A DNA stretch of 34,432 nt from Candidatus Gottesmanbacteria bacterium (GCA_963701185.1 OY969569.1:513054-547485); one strand, 5' to 3'; numbered from the stretch's first letter, positions 10,178-18,715 are shown. Numbers and translations are program-made. The notes: generated by a model from the sequence alone, not told the origin.

Positions 10178-11041
10178 TTATGCGACTAATGTTTTAAATA
10201 TTTCTTCTGCATGTGTGATCGAAATCAAATGTCCCTCGTTCGGATAGACAGTTAATTCATTTCTTGGAATACGCGACTGGTAATACCGAGCCATATGTAT
10301 GGTGACATTCCGATCATCCCTGCCATACCACAAATATATTTTTGACGTGATATCACCGACATCAAATCCCCAATCTGTCGTATATAGTTTAAGATCGAGA
10401 TCCGGACCCTTATAGCCCTGCCGAAATGCTTCCTGAAATACTTTTTTTGCCGCAAGGCGGACGGCGGGATCCATGTATATTTTCCGATCAGCTTTTGCGC
10501 CGAAAAGGTACCGGTACAACCCCCACGACGGACCCCAACGGGAATTGAGGTGATGGATACCCGATGATATGCTTCGCAGTAACCCACATCTCCCGTAATT
10601 CATCCATACAATTTTCGCCATCCAATCCATGCCGTCAAGTGCTTCCGGGCTATATATCGGCGACAGTCCCACGATGATCCCGGTTTTCGTAATCCTTTGC
10701 GGGATTTTGTACGCACACACGGCGGCATACGGCCCGCCGCCAGATACGCCCATCACGGAAAACTTCTTAATCTTCAAATAGTCAGCAAGAGCGATGACGT
10801 CATTAGACCAACCTAAAAGTGTCCTCCCTTTTTGGTAATCAGATAACCCGTATCCCGGCCTATCCGGAGCGATCACTCGAATATGAAGTTTTTTAGCAAG
10901 CTCGTCGTATTTTTGTGCACTCAAGTGCGACCCCGGCCATCCGTGGAAATAAAAAAATGGTTTCCCTTTCGGATCGCCGTACTCGGCAAACCCCAGCATC
11001 CGTCCGTCTTTGAGTTTTATCGTTTGAGAATCGCGGCTCAT
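10178..11041 (-). CDS. Alpha/beta hydrolase
   Basis: FHGWPGS oxyanion motif, DRPGYGLS, nucleophile elbow GVSGGG, and EGH near the C-terminus. Confidence 0.9.
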   Translation of the reverse strand: MSRDSQTIKLKDGRMLGFAEYGDPKGKPFFYFHGWPGSHLSAQKYDELAKKLHIRVIAPDRPGYGLSDYQKGRTLLGWSNDVIALADYLKIKKFSVMGVSGGGPYAAVCAYKIPQRITKTGIIVGLSPIYSPEALDGMDWMAKIVWMNYGRCGLLRSISSGIHHLNSRWGPSWGLYRYLFGAKADRKIYMDPAVRLAAKKVFQEAFRQGYKGPDLDLKLYTTDWGFDVGDITSKIYLWYGRDDRNVTIHMARYYQSRIPRNELTVYPNEGHLISITHAEEIFKTLVA

Positions 11042-11889
11042 ATGTCCTTATGATACAACACGCCGCCGAGGCGAAGACGGAAGTGGTAAGATTTCAAAAG
11101 ATCCGCAATCACGGCGTCCAATTCTTCGCGGTAACTTTTGGATTGGGACGAATAAAATTTCTCCATGATATTTTTATCGACGCCTTCCATCTTTTGCGCC
11201 AACCGTTTTTTAATGTACGGCGAAAGATTGAGGTGCTCCATATACATTTCGGATACTCCCGCGGACGCGAGTGCATCGAAAATTTCCTTAAGTTTCTCCG
11301 GATTGGCGGAAAAATGCGGCAGAAGTGGACCGACAAACGCATAGGTCGGGACACCTGCCTCGTGGAGTGTTTTGAGGGCGTTGATCCGCAGCGACGCTGG
11401 CGGCGCGGCACGTTCCAAGAACCGGCCGACGGAATCATCGGTTGAGGTGACGGTCACGCCGACGGTTATATGCGGAAATTTTTTGAAGAGATCAATGTCG
11501 CGGGTAACCAGCGACGATTTTGTGAGAATTCCCACCGTTCCCGTCCATTTGTGTTTGAGAAGCAGTTCGAGCGCCGTCCGCGTGAGCCGGTATTTCCCTT
11601 CGACGCCCTGATACGGGTCGGTAACGGAACTTAACAAAACCGTTTTCGTTTTATCCTTCAATTTTCCCAATTCTTTATCCAATATTTCCCCGAGATTTAC
11701 TTTCGCAAACACGTAGTTTCCCCAGTCCTCTACCTGCTTCCCCACAAACCGACCCATAAAACTCGCGTAACAGTAGCTGCACCCGAACGCACAGCCAGTA
11801 TACGGATTCACGACATAATCCGCGTCCGGCAGCTTGGATGTAACTAAAATACTCTTCGCCCGTATTTCCTTAACGATGCTTTCCGCCAT
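11038..11889 (-). CDS. Radical SAM protein, spore-photoproduct-lyase-like (Rv2578c/SPL-like family)
   Basis: NPYTGCAFGCSYCYA (CxxxCxxC), SSVTDPYQ and LTKSSLVTRDIDL. Start is probably ATG 11889. Confidence 0.88.
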   Translation of the reverse strand: MAESIVKEIRAKSILVTSKLPDADYVVNPYTGCAFGCSYCYASFMGRFVGKQVEDWGNYVFAKVNLGEILDKELGKLKDKTKTVLLSSVTDPYQGVEGKYRLTRTALELLLKHKWTGTVGILTKSSLVTRDIDLFKKFPHITVGVTVTSTDDSVGRFLERAAPPASLRINALKTLHEAGVPTYAFVGPLLPHFSANPEKLKEIFDALASAGVSEMYMEHLNLSPYIKKRLAQKMEGVDKNIMEKFYSSQSKSYREELDAVIADLLKSYHFRLRLGGVLYHKDI

Positions 11890-11937
11890 ATTCCCCAAAT
11901 TGTAACAAAGATCATGAATAATAAGTATCTACCGAGA

Positions 11938-12345
11938 TCAAATGTGCAAGTAGAATGCGATAACAAGCATAATGAGTATAAGTAAGGCGGCAAACTTCAC
12001 TCGCAGCCAATCGACCGTTTCTCTTAAAAAAACGTGTATTGCTAATACGAAAAGAAGTAGCAAGGCAGCAAATAATGGGGTAAAAGTAAGAAACTGTTTA
12101 ACTTCAAAATTTTGTGCAAGCTTAAACTCTATAGACACAAAGGTAAAAAACGCAACAAAAATTCCAAGCTGCTGTATGGTATTTGATTGTACTTCTTTTA
12201 CCTTATCGTCTAACTCAGCTATTTTGGGCTCAAGTTGAATCCGAATCGCTTCCTTAATCTCACTTTCGCCAGCCTTAAATTCTCCTTCTCCGGTCTTTGT
12301 AGGTTCATCGCTGCTACCAACTTGAGTAGGATTAGAATTATCCAT
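11938..12345 (-). CDS. Hypothetical membrane protein with an acidic N-terminus, a coiled-coil-like segment and three C-terminal TM helices
   Basis: 135-aa ORF in an AT-rich stretch with three hydrophobic segments, starting 2 nt after the upstream stop. Confidence 0.7.
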   Translation of the reverse strand: MDNSNPTQVGSSDEPTKTGEGEFKAGESEIKEAIRIQLEPKIAELDDKVKEVQSNTIQQLGIFVAFFTFVSIEFKLAQNFEVKQFLTFTPLFAALLLLFVLAIHVFLRETVDWLRVKFAALLILIMLVIAFYLHI

Positions 12346-12347
12346 CC

Positions 12348-12755
12348 TTAGTTTGTTGAGGCAGACCGTTTGATAGATGGCATTACGTGTAATTGAAGTG
12401 TAGTTTTCAGCTCGTTGTTCAAATAAATTTCAATTAAATAAATTCCTTCTTGAGCAATTGGAATACCATTAAAATAACTAATAAATTGGTTATTTCCTTG
12501 TGCGAGCGGTGCTTCAACGACAACTTCAGCAATCTTATTTCCCTTAGGATCTTTAATTCTCGTTATATTTTTCAAACTCGAAATCTCTTCTTCTTCAGAC
12601 TCAGACTCTTTTTTATAATTAGAAACAACTGTTAGTCGAGTTTGAATAGCAGGAAATTTATTTGCATAAATTTCCTCAAAAGTCTGAATAATACTAAGCC
12701 TGTTACTTTTATCTACAAATGCATTGTCACAAATTATTGCAAAATTTAATTTCAT
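12348..12755 (-). CDS. DUF6941-like hypothetical protein
   Basis: The pattern FAIICDNAFVDKSNRLSIIQTF..IYA.KFP...EGIYLIEIYLN resembles DUF6941 from memory, not from a search. Start at ATG 12755. Confidence 0.6.
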   Translation of the reverse strand: MKLNFAIICDNAFVDKSNRLSIIQTFEEIYANKFPAIQTRLTVVSNYKKESESEEEEISSLKNITRIKDPKGNKIAEVVVEAPLAQGNNQFISYFNGIPIAQEGIYLIEIYLNNELKTTLQLHVMPSIKRSASTN

Positions 12756-12804
12756 GTGAGTCGAGAATAGCAAAAATTTATCATAATTGCAATCATTCTT
12801 ACTA

Positions 12805-13299
12805 TTATTTCCACCTAAACATGCTACCTAAAATACTCATGAATGGCGAGAAATTCCACCAGTGAAATTTCCAGGCGGGAAGCTCGGTTGGTGCTACATT
12901 TTCGGCAGATTTTGGGATCTCCGCATTCGCTGAAGCTTCTGTTGGCAAAGAAGTTGGTGTTGCAGCGATAGTTGGGTTGGGTGTTGGGGTAGCTGTGGGT
13001 ATCGGCGTGGACGTCGGTGTCGGGACCGCTGTAGGTTTAATAGTCGCAACCGGCGGCACGTAGGTAGGAATTGGAGTCGCGGTCGGTGCGGCCGGGCATC
13101 CACCACACATAGCCATATTACAATAAAAACACGATGATCCGGTCCAGCCGTCGTTACAGATGACGTGCCCGTTCCCCTGCGCGCCCGCAGCACAATTGAC
13201 TCCGCCATGACCGGAACAACAACCGCTCGTCGCAAACACATGAGAAGCAAAAACAGAAGCAACAAGAATAAGTGCGGGCAGGAGGAAAAGCTTTTTCAT
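12805..13299 (-). CDS. Secreted protein with an 8-Cys N-terminal domain and a Pro/Thr-rich stalk
   Basis: AGGAGG SD before ATG 13299, signal peptide MKKLFLL...VFA, then SGCCSGHGGVNC...ICNDG...SSC, then PT repeats. Confidence 0.8.
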   Translation of the reverse strand: MKKLFLLPALILVASVFASHVFATSGCCSGHGGVNCAAGAQGNGHVICNDGWTGSSCFYCNMAMCGGCPAAPTATPIPTYVPPVATIKPTAVPTPTSTPIPTATPTPNPTIAATPTSLPTEASANAEIPKSAENVAPTELPAWKFHWWNFSPFMSILGSMFRWK

Positions 13300-13389
13300 A
13301 TTCCTCCTAACGTTTGGCCCATTATAACACGCCGTGTAAATAAATCGCACTTCCTTGCATAGAATTATCCGTTGTGCTACAAAATAGAT

Positions 13390-13698
13390 ATGGCAGGGAT
13401 TATTTTACTTTTGATGGTTCTCCTCTACTTCTACGGCTACGTGCAGATTCCGGGCCTCACGGTACCGAACCCGACGGTATTCATCATTCACGGTCAAACG
13501 ATTTCGCTTGCCGCATTTCTCATATTTTTCGCCATCCTCTGGACTATCACTGTTCTCCCTCCGGTTCTGCGGATTATCGGAATTATTCTCTTGACTGCCT
13601 GGACGCTGACGGAACTGGGGTTTGTCGTGATTGCAGGGCTGTCTAATTTTATCGCCATTGCCATTATCATTTCACTCTTCGTTATCATTTTCCGCTAA
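13390..13698 (+). CDS. Small multi-TM membrane protein
   Basis: About 102 aa and almost entirely hydrophobic. Fills the gap between neighbouring genes. Confidence 0.7.
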   Translation: MAGIILLLMVLLYFYGYVQIPGLTVPNPTVFIIHGQTISLAAFLIFFAILWTITVLPPVLRIIGIILLTAWTLTELGFVVIAGLSNFIAIAIIISLFVIIFR

Positions 13699-13699
13699 T

Positions 13700-13894
13700 T
13701 TATTTCAAACATGGCGTCGTGGGTTTTGGAGTTGCCGGTTTTCCGTGCATGACCCATTGGCCGCCCGAGCAAATCCATGAATCCTCCGGCCCGCCGAAGA
13801 GAAAACGCGCGGCGGCCAGTATTGCAAAAACCGCGATGACGATAACGCTTATTTTTACAACAACCCCAGATATTATATCAGCCTTTGTTTTCAT
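13700..13894 (-). CDS. Small membrane-anchored protein with an EDSWIC..GQWVMHGKP motif
   Basis: TM helix followed by a two-Cys module that I recall from CPR surface proteins. Confidence 0.7.
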   Translation of the reverse strand: MKTKADIISGVVVKISVIVIAVFAILAAARFLFGGPEDSWICSGGQWVMHGKPATPKPTTPCLK

Positions 13895-13895
13895 A

Positions 13896-14465
13896 TTAGT
13901 GTTGCGTTAAAAGATGAGGCATTACAGGGCTAATTTTAGCTTCTTTATATGGAACTAATACAGGAGTCTCAAAACTCGGATGCTCAGATACCGCATTCAG
14001 AAGAAATCGCTTCACCGTTTCGTTAAAATCTATCAGGGATGGAACTTGCGCGATATCAAAATACCCGCGCAGTCTGTAATCTTTCCGAGATTTTTCCGGT
14101 GATTCTCCGGCGAATACACACGAGGAACCATGCCAACGTAATATCCCATTTTCGTCGTAATCCCCCATGCGCGTAACAATAGTACTTTTATCCCGCTCTG
14201 TCGCTTCGATCATCAATGTGTACTGCGATTTCCCGGAATGAGACGACCGGCATACTTCCATTATTCGAAATACAGTATTACCTCTTTTTGAATGAAAAAT
14301 AACTCTGTTAACGTCACTCTCAGTATCGCGCCACATCCAGATATCACGTGTTCCATCCGGACTTGTCCGGATATAGGGATTGTCCTCATGCCTGTGAATC
14401 TCGCGGAGAAGCGCACTGATTTTTTTAATAAAATCACCTGGCTTTGTAGTTTCTATCTGGTTCAT
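13896..14465 (-). CDS. Hypothetical protein
   Basis: 189-aa ORF coupled to the methyltransferase by an ATGA overlap. No motif recognised. Confidence 0.65.
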   Translation of the reverse strand: MNQIETTKPGDFIKKISALLREIHRHEDNPYIRTSPDGTRDIWMWRDTESDVNRVIFHSKRGNTVFRIMEVCRSSHSGKSQYTLMIEATERDKSTIVTRMGDYDENGILRWHGSSCVFAGESPEKSRKDYRLRGYFDIAQVPSLIDFNETVKRFLLNAVSEHPSFETPVLVPYKEAKISPVMPHLLTQH

Positions 14466-15145
14466 GTATCAAGACGGCACAATAAGGCCAAAAACAGCGG
14501 AAACTCTGCCCGCGACCGGTTTTCCATTTTACCCGCACTCCCGACGCTCTCTTTATCCGAGGTCCATTCTTCAATATTCTCAATCACAAAATGATTGTCG
14601 GCAAGCATTTTCGTATAGGCAGATAGCGGCTGGTGGAACGACCATGTCAACGGACCACTGCTCTGCCCCGGGTGCATTGTAATCGGAATCTTGAGCGGCG
14701 ACATATAGATGTTTTCTCTGCGGTATTGAATTTTGCTGTGTTCATCGATGCCCCAGCTGCTCTGCCGCGGAATCCGGAACGCCGGGTGGTTCAAAACAAT
14801 AACTAATGTGCCGTTTTTCTTCACATGATCGGCGGCGTTTTTAATTACCAGCGCAGGAAATTCGATATTTTGCAACGCCAAAATAATCGTCGCGTGGGAG
14901 AATGTGTCCGCTGTGGGGAGCGGCTTGGTCACATCAACGCCGCGTACAATATCATATCCCATGTAGCGAACCCCTTTCGGAATTTTCCGCTGCAGCCAGC
15001 CGGTACCGCACGCGAGATCAAGAAGCGAATCGCCGACTTTCAGACCGAGCAGCCGCAATACGCCGGGGCCAATGAGATGATCCTCAAAATACGTGTTATT
15101 CCACTTCCCCACCGTGTGCCAGGATGTATCGCGCGAAGGTTTCAT
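14462..15145 (-). CDS. Class I SAM-dependent methyltransferase
   Basis: Motif I LLDLACGTG. Start at ATG 15145 (MKPSRDTSW); the longer ORF extension is antisense to the exonuclease. Confidence 0.85.
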   Translation of the reverse strand: MKPSRDTSWHTVGKWNNTYFEDHLIGPGVLRLLGLKVGDSLLDLACGTGWLQRKIPKGVRYMGYDIVRGVDVTKPLPTADTFSHATIILALQNIEFPALVIKNAADHVKKNGTLVIVLNHPAFRIPRQSSWGIDEHSKIQYRRENIYMSPLKIPITMHPGQSSGPLTWSFHQPLSAYTKMLADNHFVIENIEEWTSDKESVGSAGKMENRSRAEFPLFLALLCRLDT

Positions 15146-15166
15146 GGTACTATTATACTCCAAACT

Positions 15167-15778
15167 ATGATTACAGAAGTCATTTTCGACTGCGAAACGC
15201 AAAAGCTCTTTAGCGAAATTGTAGGCAACGACCCCGGCGGACTTGGAATTTCCGTCGTATCCGTCTATGTGCGGACGGTCGATGATTTTCAGAACGAAAT
15301 TCAGGGAACGATGTACAGTTTTTGGGAGCATGAACTTGCCGATATGTGGAAATATTTTTCCGGCGCCCAAAGGATCATCGGCTTCAATTCCGTCAGGTTT
15401 GACGTGCCGGCACTCAAAAAGTATTCGCCCACCGGATTTGAACGCCTCCCGCATTTTGACATCATGAAAATCGTGCGGGACACGCTGGGGTTTTCTTTGA
15501 GCCTCAATCACCTGGCGAGCCAAACACTGAGAAAATATAAATCCGATGTCGGCACCAATGCCGTCGTGTACTGGAAAGAACATTCACCGGAGACCCTGGC
15601 GAAATTGAAATCGTACTGTGAGGCGGACGTCCTTCTCACCCGGGATCTCTACGATTTCGGCGTGCAGCACAAAAAACTCAACTACGTGGACAAATGGAAT
15701 ACGACGCGCGAGATCCCCGTGGATTTTTCCTACCCCCAATCCGTCATCGACGCATCACGGCAAATCGGGTTGTTTTAA
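15167..15778 (+). CDS. RNase H-like DEDD 3'-5' exonuclease (YprB / RNase_H_2-like)
   Basis: ExoI IFDCETQK, ExoII IIGFNSVRFD, ExoIII YCEAD. Start at ATG 15167. Confidence 0.85.
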   Translation: MITEVIFDCETQKLFSEIVGNDPGGLGISVVSVYVRTVDDFQNEIQGTMYSFWEHELADMWKYFSGAQRIIGFNSVRFDVPALKKYSPTGFERLPHFDIMKIVRDTLGFSLSLNHLASQTLRKYKSDVGTNAVVYWKEHSPETLAKLKSYCEADVLLTRDLYDFGVQHKKLNYVDKWNTTREIPVDFSYPQSVIDASRQIGLF

Positions 15779-15781
15779 CTA

Positions 15782-16897
15782 CTAAATTTCCGGGGTTGGG
15801 GTGGCAGATGACGTGGCTGTTTCTGTGGGAAGTAGTATCGGCGACGCCGATGGAGATGCAACCGCTGATGGTGATGCCTGGCCGCTGCCAGTTGCGACCG
15901 GAAATCTATTAAACACGCCGATTGCTTTCCCTGGAATAATATGGATCCGTTGGGCCAACAGCCCGTCACTTGTCGGCTGTCCTACTGCCGCAATCCGCAT
16001 ACCGACCGCAAGCGTCGCACTACCCGAAGCCGTGTCTTTTCCCGTAATCTGCGTCTGTGCATTCACTGACACAATCCACGTCCGGTCACGCTGGATAAGA
16101 TGACTGACGGTAATCGCCGATCCCGATATGGCGGTGATGACTCCTGATACGGCATTCCGTGAGAGGTTCGCGGCACCGGTGGCCACAACTGTCACATCAA
16201 GCTTGTGAATTTTTAATCCTGGAATCGGCAGGGCGCTCCCCGTGCTTTCATGCGCCAAAATATTTTTCAGTTTAGTAACGGATAACGCATCTTTTTTCGG
16301 AGGCGGCGTGCGGTTTGCGACAAAATCTTTGACTAATTTATCTTCCTGTGTCTTTTTCACCGCAGCGACGGTCGGCGACACAGCAACCGGCACAACAGAC
16401 GTCGCTGATTTTGTTTCCTTCTTGATTTGACCCGGAGCAGTCGTCGATTTGCCGAGGATGCCTGTGGTATAGGCTACTGCTCTGGTAATTTCCTCTCCTG
16501 CCGGTCCGTATGCCGTAACGCCGACCGTTCCGCCGGTATCCCCCACGGTAACGGACCCTTCAAATTTCCCCTGGCTGTCGCTTTCTACAATCGCATCGTC
16601 CGTGTCGGAGTAGAGGGCGACCGTCGAATTCGGGAACGTACGCCCGGTAATAAGGACCTGGTCATTCACGGACGTTGCCGTACCGGAGGCGGCATCAAGC
16701 ACAAGATAAAACGGTTTGGCGGCAACCGGCGACGTGTTGGCGGACTCTGACGTGTGTGTCAGGACATATCCCAATTCACCGAACGCAAAAACCAGCAACA
16801 AAACCAGGATCCAAAAAAACGTGCGCGGGCGCGGTGCAGGAGTTACTGCCGGTATGGGCGGATTCGGGGACGGGGTCGGTTCGGGAGGTGTATCCAT
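15782..16897 (-). CDS. Membrane-anchored surface protein with an Ig-like domain and a DUF5666-like domain
   Basis: Pro-rich N-terminus, a TM helix, Ig-like ITGRTFPNSTV...SDSQGKFE, and C-terminal GVITAISGSAITV...TQI...LAVGMRIAAVG...AQRIHI. Confidence 0.7.
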   Translation of the reverse strand: MDTPPEPTPSPNPPIPAVTPAPRPRTFFWILVLLLVFAFGELGYVLTHTSESANTSPVAAKPFYLVLDAASGTATSVNDQVLITGRTFPNSTVALYSDTDDAIVESDSQGKFEGSVTVGDTGGTVGVTAYGPAGEEITRAVAYTTGILGKSTTAPGQIKKETKSATSVVPVAVSPTVAAVKKTQEDKLVKDFVANRTPPPKKDALSVTKLKNILAHESTGSALPIPGLKIHKLDVTVVATGAANLSRNAVSGVITAISGSAITVSHLIQRDRTWIVSVNAQTQITGKDTASGSATLAVGMRIAAVGQPTSDGLLAQRIHIIPGKAIGVFNRFPVATGSGQASPSAVASPSASPILLPTETATSSATPTPEI

Positions 16898-16964
16898 ATC
16901 TCTATATACTTATACTATAGACCAACTTTTGTGCAGTGTAAAGTAACCCAAGAGATTTTTACTG

Positions 16965-17036
16965 TGGGCGGCCATGGAGTCGGACCATGCACCTCTTTCT
17001 TATCAGGAAAGCGTTCTACCGATGAACTAGCCGCCC
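16965..17036 (-). tRNA. tRNA-Ile(GAU)
   Basis: GGGCGGCTAGTTCATCGGTAGAACGCTTTCCTGATAAGAAAGAGGTGCATGGTCCGACTCCATGGCCGCCCA folds as a cloverleaf with anticodon GAT. CCA is not encoded. Confidence 0.92.
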
Positions 17037-17062
17037 GAGTTTACAAATTATACCAAATTTTG

Positions 17063-17135
17063 AGGCGCGGAAGGGAATCGAACCCTTGCAATAGAAGTTT
17101 TGCAGACTCCCGCGTTACCACTTCGCCACCGCGCC
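17063..17135 (-). tRNA. tRNA-Cys(GCA)
   Basis: GGCGCGGTGGCGAAGTGGTAACGCGGGAGTCTGCAAAACTTCTATTGCAAGGGTTCGATTCCCTTCCGCGCCT, anticodon GCA, U73 discriminator. Confidence 0.95.
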
Positions 17136-18698
17136 TTACGAACGTATTTTATCACAGGAGCCTATCGCCTCACTAATGGAAGCATATCCATCCCGTTCCA
17201 ACAGGTCCAATAATCCGTTATTAATTTCGGAAATAAGCTGGGGACCCTGGTACACCATGCCGGTAATAAGCTGGACGAGCGATGCGCCGCGATTAATCTT
17301 CTCGTAGGCATCCGCCGCGCTAAATATTCCACCGCACCCGATAATCACGAGTTTCTTTTTGTAATGTTTATACGCAAGTGATATTAATTCGTTTGATCTG
17401 TCAAACGTAGGCTTACCGCTGAAATTGCCCACGGGAAATTTCGCAACTTCCTGCGGCGCGAGCGCCGGACTGCTTCTGTCCTTCCATAGATTTCCAAAAA
17501 TCACCCCCGCTGGGCTATGTCGGACAATGACTTTTAACATCGCGAGCGTCCTGCTGTCAGATTCCGATATGGGCATTTTTACAAATAGCGGGCGTGATAA
17601 ATTCGTTCGGTCGATTGCGGTCAGCAGCGCATCCAAATGTTTCGGCGGGTAAAATGAGACATCTCCTGCGATATTCGGACAGCTGATATTAAGTTCGTAA
17701 TACGCATGGTGTACGCTGGACGATTCAAATAATCTAAAGGCGGCGACAATATCTTTAATACTTTTCTCTCGCGTCGCCAAAGCGGTATTGTTGCTGCGTC
17801 CGATACTCACACCGACGGGTATCGAAAATCGTATTTCTGTAAGCGCTCGTATGGTTGCCGATGCGCCTAAATTTTTGAATCCTTTGTTCACCATGATGCT
17901 TTTTGATACTGGAAGCCTACCCAACATGGGCCGCGGATTCCCCCCATACGCGCCATTTGTAATCGTCCCTACGCTTTGAAATCCAAATCCGACGGATCCC
18001 AAAATCTTTGTGAGACGCGCCTCATAATCAAACCCGGCGGCGAGCCCTACGGGATTGGCAAATTGTATTCCTGCGACAGTTTGGACAAGCCGGTCATCGG
18101 ACACACGGAGAAACCATGTAAAAACAGGCTGAACGCCCGGCACCGAACTCAACCATTGTCCGGCGGAAACCACTCCCGTGTGAATATATTCCGGATCGAT
18201 TTTAAAAAAAATTGGTTTCAAAATCCAGGAATACACAAAACCCCCTATCACCCCCACCCACCACCGGCGGTCATTAGGGTACGCGGCGTGAACAACAAAA
18301 AAGATCAGCGCGCTTATGAGTGCCGACAACAAACAATATTTGCATAGCGCCCCGATAACAAACACCATTACATACACAAAATACAGGGACATCACAAATC
18401 CTGCTGTACCTAAGAACACTGCCAGCATCCTCGTCCACCGTTTATGCGTCAAAAATGCGAGTGAAAATATGACATTTTCTATACTGTAATGAATAAATCC
18501 TACGAGAGAAAGCGGCACACCGAAAAAATAAGAATACCTGCTAGTGAGTACTTTTCCGCAATCCGGAAACCACCCTCCGATCGTACAGGGGGGGATAATA
18601 TTGTGATAATACTCCCATGTAAGATATCCTGCATCCGCAATACCAAAAAGTGAGAAAATAATAAGGAGAGAGGCAAGAAAAAGTACCGTCCGTTTCAT
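17136..18698 (-). CDS. pyrD: Fusion of a vitamin K epoxide reductase (VKOR) domain and a class-2-like dihydroorotate dehydrogenase
   Basis: aa 1 to ~140: four TM helices, loop cysteines PPCTIGGWFPDCGKVLTSRYSYFFGVP and active-site CKYC. Remainder: DPEYIH, NPVGLAAGFD, GNPRPMLGRLP, ELNISCPN, FVKMP, GNFSGKP, IIGCGGIFS, GASLVQLITGMVYQGP. One uninterrupted frame. Confidence 0.9.
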   Translation of the reverse strand: MKRTVLFLASLLIIFSLFGIADAGYLTWEYYHNIIPPCTIGGWFPDCGKVLTSRYSYFFGVPLSLVGFIHYSIENVIFSLAFLTHKRWTRMLAVFLGTAGFVMSLYFVYVMVFVIGALCKYCLLSALISALIFFVVHAAYPNDRRWWVGVIGGFVYSWILKPIFFKIDPEYIHTGVVSAGQWLSSVPGVQPVFTWFLRVSDDRLVQTVAGIQFANPVGLAAGFDYEARLTKILGSVGFGFQSVGTITNGAYGGNPRPMLGRLPVSKSIMVNKGFKNLGASATIRALTEIRFSIPVGVSIGRSNNTALATREKSIKDIVAAFRLFESSSVHHAYYELNISCPNIAGDVSFYPPKHLDALLTAIDRTNLSRPLFVKMPISESDSRTLAMLKVIVRHSPAGVIFGNLWKDRSSPALAPQEVAKFPVGNFSGKPTFDRSNELISLAYKHYKKKLVIIGCGGIFSAADAYEKINRGASLVQLITGMVYQGPQLISEINNGLLDLLERDGYASISEAIGSCDKIRS

Positions 18699-18715
18699 GA
18701 CAGCATTATATCTGT

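Noticed and set aside
12950-13090. Repetitive GTTGG/GTCGG sequence as a tandem repeat or CRISPR
   Set aside because: It is Pro/Thr codon repetition inside a CDS, with no fixed repeat-spacer period.
14462-15778. Apparent long antisense overlap between ORFs 14462..15583 and 14825..15778
   Set aside because: Family motifs begin only at ATG 15145 and ATG 15167. The extensions are antisense open frames.
16965-17135. tRNAs as an integration site for a mobile element
   Set aside because: No integrase and no duplicated tRNA 3' end were seen in the window.
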